64,000 nucleotides of DNA, taken from NCBI GenBank assembly GCA_965202985.1, contig CBDBCF010000001.1, positions 2,752,001 through 2,816,000 of the forward strand. The letters are read 5' to 3'. The DNA comes from Longimicrobiales bacterium (lineage in GTDB: Bacteria > Gemmatimonadota > Gemmatimonadetes > Longimicrobiales > Gaopeijiaceae). The notes beneath the pieces were generated by a model that was not told the DNA's origin, ran no database searches, and saw only the letters and a program-made list of their open reading frames with translations. This document shows, in pieces, positions 1-10,600 of the stretch. Positions within the stretch are counted from its first letter, which is position 1. Every line of letters starts with the position of its first letter. The translations under genes and the position numbers were made by a program.

Positions 1-2
1 GC

Positions 3-998
3 GTGCAGTGGCGGCTGGCGTCCAGCTTTCCCAGGGGCCTGGACACGATCTGGGGCTCGGCCGAGATGCTGGCGGAGGTGACCTCGTCGCTGACCGGCGG
101 TCGCTTCCAGATACGCCCGTACCCCGCCGGCGAGCTGGTGGGCGGCCTTCAGGTCATGGACGCCGTCCAGCAGGGGTCCGCGCAGGTGGGGCAGAGCACC
201 AGCTACTACTTCACCGGCAAGAACCAGGCCCTGGCCTTCGACGCCGGCGTGCCCTTCGGCATGACCGCCCGGCAGCAGGACGCTTGGCTCAACGAGGGGG
301 GCGGCGGCGAGGTCGTGCGGGGCATCTTCGCCGACTTCGGGATCATCTCGTTCCCGGCCGGCAACACGGGCGGCCAGATGGGCGGCTGGTTCCGTCGCGA
401 GGTGAACACGCCCGAGGACCTGCGGGGCCTCAAGATGCGCATTCCGGGTCTGGGCGGCGACGTCATGAACCGCTTGGGCGTGACGGTGCAGGTCCTGGCC
501 GGGGGCGACATCTACCCGGCGCTGGAGCGCGGCGCCATCGACGCCACCGAGTGGGTCGGACCCTACGACGACGAGAAGCTGGGCCTGCACCAGGCGGCCA
601 GCTACTACTACTACCCCGGCTGGTGGGAGCCGTGCGCCTCCATGTCGTACCAAGTCAACCGAGCGGCTTGGGACGCGCTGCCCTCCGAGTACCAGGAGGT
701 CTTCCAAGTGGCCGCCCAGGCGTCGGCCCGGCGGATGCTCTACACCTACGACGCCAAGAACCCGCCCGCCCTCCAGCGCCTGTTGGAAAGCGGCATCCGG
801 CTCCGGTCCTTCTCCGACGAGATCATGGACCAGGCGCGCGTCGCCACCGACGAGATCCTGGAAGAGTACGCCGCCGCCGACCCCGCCTATCGCGCCGTGT
901 ACGACCACTGGCGGAACTTCCGCGACGCCTCGTACCGCTGGTTCGGAACGACCGAGCTGCGCTACGCGGCCTACGCGTTCGGCGACCGAGGGGCCTGA
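3..998 (+). CDS. dctP: TRAP transporter substrate-binding protein (DctP, TakP-like subfamily); probably 5'-truncated by the window edge
   Basis: Motifs GNTGGQMGGWF, LKMRIPGLGG, ALERGAIDATEWVGPYDD and YYYPGWWEP typical of TakP-like DctP; no signal peptide visible; dctQM adjacent. Confidence 0.92.
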   Translation: MQWRLASSFPRGLDTIWGSAEMLAEVTSSLTGGRFQIRPYPAGELVGGLQVMDAVQQGSAQVGQSTSYYFTGKNQALAFDAGVPFGMTARQQDAWLNEGGGGEVVRGIFADFGIISFPAGNTGGQMGGWFRREVNTPEDLRGLKMRIPGLGGDVMNRLGVTVQVLAGGDIYPALERGAIDATEWVGPYDDEKLGLHQAASYYYYPGWWEPCASMSYQVNRAAWDALPSEYQEVFQVAAQASARRMLYTYDAKNPPALQRLLESGIRLRSFSDEIMDQARVATDEILEEYAAADPAYRAVYDHWRNFRDASYRWFGTTELRYAAYAFGDRGA

Positions 999-1078
999 TC
1001 CGCGGGCGGGGCCCGTCAGCCTTCCGGTCGCTCGTCCGGCGCCTCTGCCGGTCCGGGCTTGGCGAAGACGCCCCCCTC

Positions 1079-2404
1079 TTACCGCCCCAGCAACCCGGTC
1101 ACCAGCTCCGGCCACAGGATGATCGCCAGCAGGCCCAGGAGCTGGATCACGATGAAGGGGATCACGGCGCGGTACAGGTCGGTGGTCTTGACCGAGGACG
1201 GGGCCACGCCGCGCAGGTAGAAGAGCGCGAACCCGAACGGCGGCGTCAGGAACGACGTTTGCAGGTTCATGCCGATCATGACGCCGAACCACACCAGGTC
1301 CACGCCCAGCAGCGAGGCCGCCGGCGCCAGCAGCGGAATGATGATGAAGGCGATCTCGAAGAAGTCCAGGAAGAAGCCCAGCACGAAGATCGCCAGGTTG
1401 GCCACCAGCAGCAGGCCGACCTTCCCGCCGGGCAGGTTCGTCAGCAGGTTCTCGATCCAGATGTCGCCGTAGAGGCCGCGAAAGACGAGCGCGAACGCCG
1501 TCGAGCCGATCAGCAGGAACATGACCATGGTGGTGAGCTTGGTCGTGTCCCGGCAGGTGTCGCGCAGCACCGCCATGCTCATGCGCCCCCGAGCCGCCGC
1601 CAGCAGGATGGCGCCCACCGACCCGATGGCCCCGGCCTCCGTGGGCGTGGCCACGCCGGCGAAGATGGAGCCCAGCACGATCAGGATCAGCAGCAGGGGC
1701 GGCATCAGCACCAGGGCGACCTGCCGCATCAGCGTGCGAAACGCGATCTCCGTCATCTCCGGGGGCAGGGCGGGCGCGGCGGACGGCTTCGCGATCGCAA
1801 CGCCCCCCACGTACAGCGCGTACATGCCGGCCAGCATCAGCCCCGGCACCAGGCCGCCGATGAACAGGTCGCCCACCGAGATGCCCATCTGGTCCGCCAG
1901 CACCACCAGCACGATGCTGGGCGGGATGATCTGCCCCAGCGTGCCCGACGCCAGGATCACCCCGGCCGACAGGTGCTTCGAGTACTTGTAGCGCAGCATG
2001 ACCGGAAGCGAGATGCTGCCCATGGCCACGACCGACGCGCCCACCACGCCCGTGGCCGCCGCCAGCATGGCGCCCACCAGCACGACCGCCAGAGCCAAGC
2101 CGCCGGCGTGCCGCCCGAACAAGGTGCCGATCGTGGTCAGCAGGTCCTCGGCCAGCTTCGCCTTCTCCAGGATCAGCCCCATGAAGATGAAGAAGGGGAC
2201 CGCCAGCAGGACATAGTTCGACATGACGCCGAAGACGCGCTCCGGCATGGCGTAGAGCAGGTTCCAGTCGAAGTAGCCCAGTTCGACGCCGATGAAGGCG
2301 AAGAGCAGCGATGCGCCCCCCAACGCGAACGCCACCGGGTAGCCGCTGAAGATGATCACGAACACCGCGACGAACATGAGCGGCGCCAGCACGTTGCCGT
2401 TCAT
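1079..2404 (-). CDS. dctM: TRAP transporter large permease
   Basis: Start MNGNVLAP (ATG overlaps dctQ stop); LLAVPFFIFMG, GTLGQIIPPS, ATPTEAGA and LTPPFG motifs; highly hydrophobic. Confidence 0.93.
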   Translation of the reverse strand: MNGNVLAPLMFVAVFVIIFSGYPVAFALGGASLLFAFIGVELGYFDWNLLYAMPERVFGVMSNYVLLAVPFFIFMGLILEKAKLAEDLLTTIGTLFGRHAGGLALAVVLVGAMLAAATGVVGASVVAMGSISLPVMLRYKYSKHLSAGVILASGTLGQIIPPSIVLVVLADQMGISVGDLFIGGLVPGLMLAGMYALYVGGVAIAKPSAAPALPPEMTEIAFRTLMRQVALVLMPPLLLILIVLGSIFAGVATPTEAGAIGSVGAILLAAARGRMSMAVLRDTCRDTTKLTTMVMFLLIGSTAFALVFRGLYGDIWIENLLTNLPGGKVGLLLVANLAIFVLGFFLDFFEIAFIIIPLLAPAASLLGVDLVWFGVMIGMNLQTSFLTPPFGFALFYLRGVAPSSVKTTDLYRAVIPFIVIQLLGLLAIILWPELVTGLLGR

Positions 2405-2964
2405 CGGGCGCCGCCTCCACCGCCTTCTCGGCCGTCGTCGGACGTTCGGCGCGCGCGCCGTCTGCGCAGCACGCCCACGTCCTTGGCCAGCTGCGCCAGC
2501 GCCTGGGCCAGCAGCAGCACGAAGCACACGAGGATGACGGCCTTCAGGGGATAGCGCGGCAGTCCGCCGGGGTCGGGCGACACTTCCTTGATCGACCACG
2601 AGTTGTGCACCGACGGCCACGACACCCACAGCATGAACACGCAGAACGGCAAGAGCATGAGCACCGCGCCGACGGTGTCGATCCACGATCGGGCGCGCCT
2701 GCGCAACCGGCCGTAGACCACGTCGACGCGCACGTGGGCGTTCTCCTTCAGCGCGTATCCGGCGGCCAGCAGGAAGATCAGCGAGAACAGGTACCACTGC
2801 AGCTCCAAGTACAGGTTGGAGCTGAGGTTGGCGCCGGTGAAGCGGCCCAGGTAGCGGACCAGGGCGTTGTAGGCGCCGATGAGCACCATGGCCAGGACGA
2901 ACCACGACACGAAGCGGCCCAGAACGCGGGTGAAGGCGTCCACGCCGCGCACGAACGCCCTCAC
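2401..2964 (-). CDS. dctQ: TRAP transporter small permease (start uncertain)
   Basis: Four hydrophobic segments, ELQWYLF, HVRVD and SPDPGGLP motifs; stop overlaps dctM start. Confidence 0.88.
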   Translation of the reverse strand: MRAFVRGVDAFTRVLGRFVSWFVLAMVLIGAYNALVRYLGRFTGANLSSNLYLELQWYLFSLIFLLAAGYALKENAHVRVDVVYGRLRRRARSWIDTVGAVLMLLPFCVFMLWVSWPSVHNSWSIKEVSPDPGGLPRYPLKAVILVCFVLLLAQALAQLAKDVGVLRRRRARRTSDDGREGGGGGAR

Positions 2965-3184
2965 GAAGGGGCTCTTGGGCAGGCGGGCCGAGCGGGGGGA
3001 TCGGGCCGAGCCGCCGGTCGAGGCGTCGTCCGGGGGCGGGATCGCGGGGCGGGCGACGCCGTGCAGGGGCGAGTCGCCGCCGGGCGGAGGCGCGTTGCGG
3101 GGCTCTCTCAAGAAGCGTGTGATGGCGGGGGCGTCCCCGGTGGCGTGTCCCCGCTCCCTTCGCGGGCGAAGCAAGGCCAGACTA

Positions 3185-4876
3185 TCACCCCATCCCCTGG
3201 GTCAGCAAGCTGGTTCCCGTCATCTCGGGCGGCTGCGGAACGCCCATGAGCTCCAGGATCGTCGGCGCCACGTCGGCCAGAATGCCGTCGCGGAGGCCTG
3301 GGGGCCGCGCCGGGGAGCGGGGTCCTTCGCCGTGGCCGCCCCCGCCGCCGTGGCCGCCCCCGCCGCTGCCGTTCGGGCCGCTGCCGCGGTCCGCGCCACC
3401 CCAGTCCGGCGTTGCCAGGAAGACCCGCACCGGCATGGTGGTGTGAGCCGTGAACGGGCCGCCGTCTTCGTCCAGCATCTGTTCGGCGTTGCCGTGGTCG
3501 GCGGTCACCAGCGCCGTGCCGCCAAGCGCCGCCACGCGTTCCAGGACACGGCCCACGCAGCGATCAACCGCCTCCACCGCCTTCACCGCCGCCGACATCT
3601 TCCCCGTGTGGCCCACCATGTCGGCGTTGGCGTAGTTGATCAGCACGAAGTCGTGGCGACGCTCGTTCAGCCGAGCCAGAAGCGCGTCCGTCAGCTCGCG
3701 GGCGCTCATCTCCGGCTTCGCGTCGTAGGTGTCCACCTTGGGCGACGGGACCATCTCGCGGTCCTCTCCCGGGAAGGGGCCCTCGACGCCGCCGTTGAAG
3801 AAGTAGGTCACGTGAGCGTACTTCTCGGTCTCGGCCATGCGCAGCTGGGTCCGTCCCGCATCGGCGAGCACTTCGCCCAGCACCCTCTGCGGAACGCGGC
3901 GCGGGAAGAGGACCGGATGGCGGAAGTCGTCCCGGTACGGCGTCATGGCCACGAAGCGGGAGCACGGAGGGCGCGCGCGCCGAAAGTGGGGGAAGTCGGG
4001 GTCCGCCAGCGCCGACGCGATCTGCCGCGCCCGATCCGCCCGGAAGTTGAAGAACAGCACGCCGTCCTGGGGCGCGATCCCCGGGGGGTCCCCATCCGGC
4101 CCGGAGATGGTAGCGGGCGGCAGGTGCTCGTCCGACTTGCCGCGCTCGTAGTGCGCCGCCACGTGGCGGGACGCGCTCGAGGTGCGGGGCGCCGCCCCCT
4201 CGGCCATGGCGCGGTACGCCCGCTCGGTACGGGGCCAGCGTCGATCCCTGTCCATGGCGAAGTGCCGTCCGCCCACGCTGGCGATCCGCGCGTCGCCGGC
4301 TTCGTTCGTCCATCGCTCCAGCTCCTTGATCCACGCCAACCCGGAGTTCGGCGGCGCGTCCCGCCCGTCGGTGAAGCAGTGGATGCGCACCGAGAGGCGC
4401 TCGCCCCGTGCCCACCTCAAGAAAGCGCGAAGATGGGCGACGTCGCTGTGGACGCCGCCGTTGGAGCACAGCCCCGCCAAGTGAAGACGGCCCCCGCTAC
4501 GCCGCAGCGAACGCAGAAGTTCGACCAATTCCGGGCGCTCGAAGAGGCTGCCGTCCGCGACGGCCTTGTCGATCCGGCTCGCTTCCTGGTGGACGATCCT
4601 TCCCGCTCCCAAGTTCAGGTGGCCCACCTCCGAGTTGCCCATCCGGCCATGGGAAAGCCCGACCGCGCGCCCCGACGTCTCGAGCAGGCTCCACGGGCAC
4701 CTCCGCAACAGCCGGTCCCGCACCGGCGTCCGGGCTTTGGCCACGGCGTCGCCCCGGCGTTCGGCCTCCGCCGGGTCCGCGGCGCCCACGCCCCATCCGT
4801 CGCGGACGACCAGCACCATTGGCTTTCGTTCGCGCCGGCTCGGGATGGCGCTCCCGGCGTCCGGGGGCATCTTCAT
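3185..4876 (-). CDS. gpmI: 2,3-bisphosphoglycerate-independent phosphoglycerate mutase
   Basis: DGWG, MGNSEVGHLN (catalytic Ser), AMDRDRRW, NFRADRARQ, AETEKYAHVT, DMVGHTG, TADHGNAE. Confidence 0.96.
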   Translation of the reverse strand: MKMPPDAGSAIPSRRERKPMVLVVRDGWGVGAADPAEAERRGDAVAKARTPVRDRLLRRCPWSLLETSGRAVGLSHGRMGNSEVGHLNLGAGRIVHQEASRIDKAVADGSLFERPELVELLRSLRRSGGRLHLAGLCSNGGVHSDVAHLRAFLRWARGERLSVRIHCFTDGRDAPPNSGLAWIKELERWTNEAGDARIASVGGRHFAMDRDRRWPRTERAYRAMAEGAAPRTSSASRHVAAHYERGKSDEHLPPATISGPDGDPPGIAPQDGVLFFNFRADRARQIASALADPDFPHFRRARPPCSRFVAMTPYRDDFRHPVLFPRRVPQRVLGEVLADAGRTQLRMAETEKYAHVTYFFNGGVEGPFPGEDREMVPSPKVDTYDAKPEMSARELTDALLARLNERRHDFVLINYANADMVGHTGKMSAAVKAVEAVDRCVGRVLERVAALGGTALVTADHGNAEQMLDEDGGPFTAHTTMPVRVFLATPDWGGADRGSGPNGSGGGGHGGGGGHGEGPRSPARPPGLRDGILADVAPTILELMGVPQPPEMTGTSLLTQGMG

Positions 4877-4911
4877 TCAACAATCTACATCTGCACGGCG
4901 GGCCGTACGTT

Positions 4912-4990
4912 CGCCCGTCACGACCTTACGTCCGCTCGTCACGACCGAACCCCGTCGTCACCGAACTCCGCCCGTCGTCACCGAACTTCC
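4912..4990. repeat. Four imperfect ~20-bp direct repeats (CGTCA core) in the divergent intergenic region
   Basis: CGTCA at 4916, 4937, 4956, 4976; last two units CCCGTCGTCACCGAACT identical. Confidence 0.75.
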
Positions 4991-4993
4991 TTC

Positions 4994-6052
4994 ATGACCG
5001 ATCCCAGTTGGAGCCGCACCGTGGACCTGGAGGGCCGTCCGGCGCCGCAGGCGGTGTCGTGGAAGGGAGCGACCTCCGACGCCGAGCGCTCGCGACTGGG
5101 CCGATGGCGAAGGGCCGTAGGGCCGGCTTGGTTCGGGCAGGCCCAGGCGGCCTCGGGCGCGTCCGCGGATGCGGGGCGGGGCAGGCCGCTCGTGGTGGCG
5201 TCGTGGAACGCCCGGACCGGGGGCGGCGCGTTGCTTGCGTTCTGGGACCGCTTGCTGAACGAGGCGGGCGGCGGCCCCGTAGTGGCTCTTCTTCAAGAGG
5301 TCTTCTCGGCGGGCGCGCACGTCCCGGCAGCCGGCAGCCGGCGCGAAAGGCAAGAATGCGACTGGGCCGAGCGCATCGCCGAGCATCCCCCGCGGGGCGA
5401 ACCCCGTACCGACATCGTCTCCTTTGCGCGGCGGATGGGCCTGTCTCTGCTGTACGTCCCCTCCATGAGAAACGGCGCTCCGGCCGGAAACGGGCGACGC
5501 CGGGCGGGCGCGGAGGTCGCCGAGGACCGTGGGAATGCGGTCTTGGCCAACGTGCCCCTCTGCGCGCCCGCTGCCGTCGAGCTGCCCTTCGAGCGCCAGC
5601 GCCGCGTGGCGGTCGCGGCTCGAGTTCGGCTCGGAGGCGAGCGGATCGGCGCGTGTTCCGTCCACCTGGACAACCGGGCCCCTTGGCGCCGGGCTTGGCG
5701 AAGCCTGGGCGCCGCCCGACATCGTCAGATGGCCGCGCTGCTGCCGCTCTTGTCGCGCTCCGACCGCGCCCAACCGTTCGCGCTGGGCGGCGACTTCAAC
5801 ACCTGGGTGCGGGGCGCCCGCGAAGCCGCCTATCGGCTGGCCAGGGAACGGTTCCCGCACCCCGCGACCCCGGACCCCCGGCCCACCCACCACTTCGAGA
5901 TCGGCGGCTGGCTGCGCCGTTCCGATCACCTGCTGTTCGCCCTTCCCGAAGGCTGGCTGGCCGAATGTCGCCGCCTGGACGACGCCTTCGGCTCCGACCA
6001 CTACCCGCTGGTCGGGACGCTCGATCCACCCCGATCTCTGCGCCGCGCTTGA
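4994..6052 (+). CDS. Endonuclease/exonuclease/phosphatase (EEP) family protein
   Basis: VASWN, LLQEV, GNAVL, SVHLD, LGGDFN, DH and GSDHYPL motifs of the DNase I-like fold. Confidence 0.88.
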   Translation: MTDPSWSRTVDLEGRPAPQAVSWKGATSDAERSRLGRWRRAVGPAWFGQAQAASGASADAGRGRPLVVASWNARTGGGALLAFWDRLLNEAGGGPVVALLQEVFSAGAHVPAAGSRRERQECDWAERIAEHPPRGEPRTDIVSFARRMGLSLLYVPSMRNGAPAGNGRRRAGAEVAEDRGNAVLANVPLCAPAAVELPFERQRRVAVAARVRLGGERIGACSVHLDNRAPWRRAWRSLGAARHRQMAALLPLLSRSDRAQPFALGGDFNTWVRGAREAAYRLARERFPHPATPDPRPTHHFEIGGWLRRSDHLLFALPEGWLAECRRLDDAFGSDHYPLVGTLDPPRSLRRA

Positions 6053-6097
6053 CCTTTGCCTTCTCCTGGATGCAACTAGGCGGACAGCAACGCTTCG

Positions 6098-7153
6098 TCA
6101 TGGCACAGCCGCCGCTCGGCGGGCCAACGCTACGATGCGAGGGAACACGTCCCACGCTTCGGTGGTAAACACCCTGTCCGCGCCCACGACCGCTTCGTTC
6201 GCATAGTGAGGGAGCACGTCGGTTTCCAAGTACGCCCCGGACCGCACGTCGAACTTGTCCAGTAGCCGGCCACGTCCCGGACTCTTGCCGCCGAACAGAA
6301 CGAACAGCGTGTCGCCGACCACGGACAACGAACGCCCGGTTTCGATCGGCCGTCTTGTCGTTTTCGTGCTCACGGTGTTTCCCCGACGCACCTGACGCAA
6401 CCTCGGAAAGTCCAAGTGCTCGACGTAAGGGAAGACGCCCTGCAGTTCGGCCTCCCGGAATGTCGTCCATCCGTTTCCGACCCGAAACCCAAACACCCAA
6501 CTCTTGTCGCCCCACCTGACCAGTCTTCCCTGGTGCTGCATAGGGTGAGGCTCACCGAGACCGGCCGGCAACTCCACCGCGGCGACGTTGCTCCCGTCCC
6601 ACAGCCCCAGCACGGAACCAGTGCCCGAACGTCCAGCAACTGCCATCTCTCCGGCGACTGCCATCCGTCCGCCCTGCAACACGGCCACCGACTGCACAGA
6701 ACTGCCCTGACGCGGCATCGGTGCCTCTTCAAGCAGCCGTCCGTCCGCACTCAATCGCACCACTCGCCTGTTGCCGGAGTCGACCAGTACCACCGACCCG
6801 TCTGTTCCTACGTCCATTGCCCGGACGTTCAGCAGTTCGCCCGGCCCTTCGCCCTTGGTGCCCCAGGACCACAGCAGATCGCCGTCCGCCCCAAGCCGGT
6901 AGGCGGCTTGGTTCCGAATGTCGAAGAAGACCAGCCCCTGTGCACCGTCTAAACGAGGCCGCCCAGGAGATGCCAGCAACGTGTCCGACGGTCCGCCGAA
7001 CACCCACAGCGTGTCGAACTCCACCGACGACCGGACCCGCCCGACATCGTTGGAGGGCGAAAACAACGCTGGTGCCTCGATCAGCCTCTCCTGGTCAACG
7101 TTTTCGCCGGCGTAGCCCACGCCCAGGACAGCCGCAAGCGCCCACGTCTTCAC
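6098..7153 (-). CDS. 6-bladed beta-propeller (NHL-like) exported protein
   Basis: WSWGTKGEGPGEL and VLVDSGNRRVVRLSADGRLL NHL-like blades; GTG start overlaps upstream TGA; short hydrophobic N-terminus; lower GC than flanks. Confidence 0.75.
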   Translation of the reverse strand: MKTWALAAVLGVGYAGENVDQERLIEAPALFSPSNDVGRVRSSVEFDTLWVFGGPSDTLLASPGRPRLDGAQGLVFFDIRNQAAYRLGADGDLLWSWGTKGEGPGELLNVRAMDVGTDGSVVLVDSGNRRVVRLSADGRLLEEAPMPRQGSSVQSVAVLQGGRMAVAGEMAVAGRSGTGSVLGLWDGSNVAAVELPAGLGEPHPMQHQGRLVRWGDKSWVFGFRVGNGWTTFREAELQGVFPYVEHLDFPRLRQVRRGNTVSTKTTRRPIETGRSLSVVGDTLFVLFGGKSPGRGRLLDKFDVRSGAYLETDVLPHYANEAVVGADRVFTTEAWDVFPRIVALARRAAAVP

Positions 7154-7530
7154 ATCGGCCCCAGCGACCCGAGGATTGCTTGCCACGAACGACCGGCGAG
7201 CGCCTCCACCTTCACAACCGCTCCCGAAGGATCGACGATCATGGCAAGGGGCGTCCGACTGTGGCCCAGAGCCGCCAGCGTCGACGCTGCCCTACGGAAG
7301 TGTCCTGTGCGGGAAACGCCTCGCTTGCCAGCTGAACCGCAACATCTACTGGCCCGCGCTCCAGAATCACGCCCTGCACGACTACGCCCCGTGCCTGAAG
7401 CGCCGCCGCGGTGAACTCCACCGGTCCCGCCGTGGTAGCGCCGAGCGAGTTCCCAAACGAGCCGCGCTTCCCTTGGACGGCGGCAAGGTATGCTGCACCA
7501 AATGCAAGCGCGAGAAAAGCCCCCGATGAT
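7150..7530 (-). pseudogene. Probable frameshifted remnant of a membrane-anchored thioredoxin-fold-like protein
   Basis: One frame gives GAFLALAFGAAYLAAV...LQARGVVVQGVILERG, another ends TPLAMIVDPSGAVVKVE with a stop overlapping the propeller GTG; continuity needs a frameshift near 7300. Confidence 0.4.
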
Positions 7531-7613
7531 GGATCGATGGGTCTTGCGCGCCTCCGTCAAACACGGCGGTCCCCATGAGTCCTCCGGGCCAGTGGGCCTG
7601 CCGCCGCGCTTTC

Positions 7614-10600
7614 CTACCTCCGAATCCCCGCTGCCGTCCCCGACGGGTCGGCCTCGGCCGGGCGCTGGCGCTCGAGGACGCGCGGCTCCGGATAGAGCTC
7701 GTCCAAGGTCGTGCCGTTGTAGAGGCGGCCGTCCTTCATGACGTACAGGATGTCCACGGTGGCGCGCAGGTCGTCCAGGGGGTCGGCGTTGAGGACCACG
7801 ATGTCGGCGAACTTGCCCTCCTCGATGCTGCCCAGGTGTTCGCCGAAGCCGATCGCCTCCGCGCCCAGGATCGTGGCGGCGCGCAGCATGTCGTGGTTGG
7901 ACGCGCCCCCTGCCGCCATCGCCCACAGCTCCCAGTGGTAGCCCACTCCCTGAATCTGGCCGTGGCTGCCGACGCCCATCCTGCCGCCGGCCTCCAGCAT
8001 CTTCTTCACGAACTCGCCGTGACGGGGGAACACGTGTTCCTCTTCCAGGAACCAGCCGGCTTGGCCAGGGCTTCCCCCCCCGCCGGGCCCCCGCCGCCGG
8101 GCGCGCGCGTCGATGTTGGCCTTCGGCGCGAAGACGTTCAGCTTGGGGTCGTCGTGCACGTCCTCCGTGGCGTAGAACCAGTTCTCGCCGAACGGCCCGC
8201 CGTACGACACCAGCAGCGTGGGCGTGTTCGTGGTCTGCGACTCCTTGAACAGCTCGACCATGTCCGAGTAGACCGGTGCGATCGGCAGGTTGTGCTCGAT
8301 GCCCGGGTAGCCGTCGATCGCGTGAGTCATGTCGATCTTGAAGTCCAGGCCGCCCTCGGTGGTGGGCATGAGCTCCAGCTCCTTGGCCGCCTGGATCACC
8401 CACTGGCGCTGCTGGCGGTTGCCGGTCATGTACATCTTCAGCGTCTTCGTGTCGAAGTACTCGGAGTAGCGCCGAAGGATCGTCTTGGCGTGGTCGGCGT
8501 CTCGGATGTTCTCGCTCAGGAAGACGCCCGGGCCGGTGGAGTAGATGCGAGGCCCCGTCATGCCGCCGGTGCGCACCCGGTCCGTGTAGCTCAATATGTC
8601 GGTCGTGGCGGTCTGCGGGTCGCGCGTGGTTGTGACGCCGTACGACAGCGTGCTCAGATACTGCCAGACTTCCTCCGGGTGAATCTCCGGGACCAGCCAC
8701 TGCGCATGGTAGTGGATGTCCACGAAGCCGGGAACCAGCGTCTTGCCGCTCACGTCCACCACCTCGGCGTCTTCGGGCACCTCCACCGAATCCGCCGGCC
8801 CCACGGCCGCGATCCGGTTGTCCTCGACCACGACCACGCCGTTCTCGATCACGTTAGGCGCCTCCGTGGAGTCGTCCGCGGGCTCGGCCATGGTGATGAT
8901 CCGCCCGCCCCGAAGCGCCACCGTGCCGCGGGGCACGTCGCGGGGCAGCTTCGCCTCGATCTTGCGTTCCCCGGCCTCGTAGGCTTCGGTCGAGTCGGCC
9001 AGGACCTCGTCGTCGCCGGCGCGCACGGCGGCCGCCTTGGCCGCCACCTCGGCGGCGGCGTCCCGAATCGAGTCGGCCCGCGCCACGAGCGAATCGGCCA
9101 CGACCTGCACCGAATCCGCCGCCAGCCGCGAGATCTCGTCCTCCAGCGCCTCGGGCACCTCTTCGTCGGCCTTCTCCAGGCTGTCGGCCTCGGCGCGCTT
9201 CTCCTTGAGCGTGTCGGAAACAGCCATGGCGCGGACCCGGAGCAGCGCCCGTTCGCGAGCGGTCTCTTCCTCTTCGGCCTCTTCGGCCTCCACGTGGTCC
9301 AGGTCGTAGGTGAAGAGGACGTTGCCCATGGCCCAGTGGAGCGCGGAGCCGTCGGGGGCCCAGGACGGGAACTCGCCCCCCACGTCCGTCACCTTGCGCA
9401 CCGGCACGGGCGACGCCGCCAAGTTGGCCAGCACGATGTTGGGCGGCGTCGCCCCCACCTCCGCCAGCTCGACCACGAACACGTCGCGTCCGAACTGGGC
9501 GAAGGCGCGGTCGCCCTCGGGAGACAGGAGCACCAAGCCGGCGGGGCTGGGCGGCCCGGACTCGGTGGGCGGTTCGGGGTCGGTCGGGTCCGGGGCCTGC
9601 CGCCACGGGAACACGCGCCTGGGCAGGTATTCCCATTCGCCGGGGTGCGGGCTGCCGATGCCCTGCACGCCCTGGCGCCCGCGCACGACCAGGTGCTTCT
9701 TGACGTCGGTGCCGTCCCAGCGGAACGAGACCAAGCCCTCCAGGGGACTGTAGGCGTAGATGCGGTCGGGCTCGTCCGCGGCGAAGTGGGCGACGTCGCG
9801 CGTGCCCGTCGGAGAAACGAGCGTGGCCTCCGAAGGCGCGGCGCCGTCCGCCGGAACCCAGACGAACGACCCGCCCAGCGGGCCGAAGAATATCCCCGAC
9901 GCCTCCTTGAGCTCGCGGGCCGCGCCGCGCGACGCCACGATGCGGTCGCCGCCGGGCGACCACGCCACGTTGTAGTACAGCGCCGGCGTGGCCGTCAGCC
10001 GCACGGGTTCTCCGCCGTCGGCGGGCGCCTTCATGACGTGTCCGCCCTCGGCATCGTCCCATGTGGCGTAGGCGATCCAACTGCCGTCCGGCGACCACTG
10101 CGGGTGGAACTCGCCCACGTCGGCCGTGGTCAGGCGCCGCGCTTCGCCGTCCGGCAGCTCCTTCGTCCACAGCCGGTCGAAGGCCGTGAAGACGACCTTG
10201 CCGCCCCCCGGGGCGACCGCCGGACTGCGGATCTGGCTCGCCACGACCATCTCCGCCGTGTCGATCCGGAAGTCGAACTTGACCTCGGGGCCGATCCCCA
10301 GCTCGATAGGCACTTCGAACGGAACCTCGGCCGCCTCGCCGCCGTCCATTGGGACGCGCCAGATCTTGCCGCCGTACGAAGCGACGATCGCCGACCCGTC
10401 CGGCAGGAACGCGTAGCCGGGCAGCAGGTCCAGCGGCGCCCGCGACTCCTGTTCGTCGCGCTGCACGGGGTAGGCCAGCCACGCCTCTTCGCCGGTCTCC
10501 AGGTTGCGCTTGCGAAGGCCCGTGTCCGCGTTGTGCCGGGTGGCGTATACCAGCCACCGGCCGTCGGGCGAGATCGCGGGGCGCATCCCCGAGCCGTAGC

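Noticed and set aside
4912..4990. Mini-CRISPR array
   Set aside because: No unique spacers, period only ~20 bp, no cas genes
7495..7506. CIWC as a thioredoxin CxxC motif
   Set aside because: The sequence following it in that frame is low-complexity and the alternative frame looks more protein-like; may be chance
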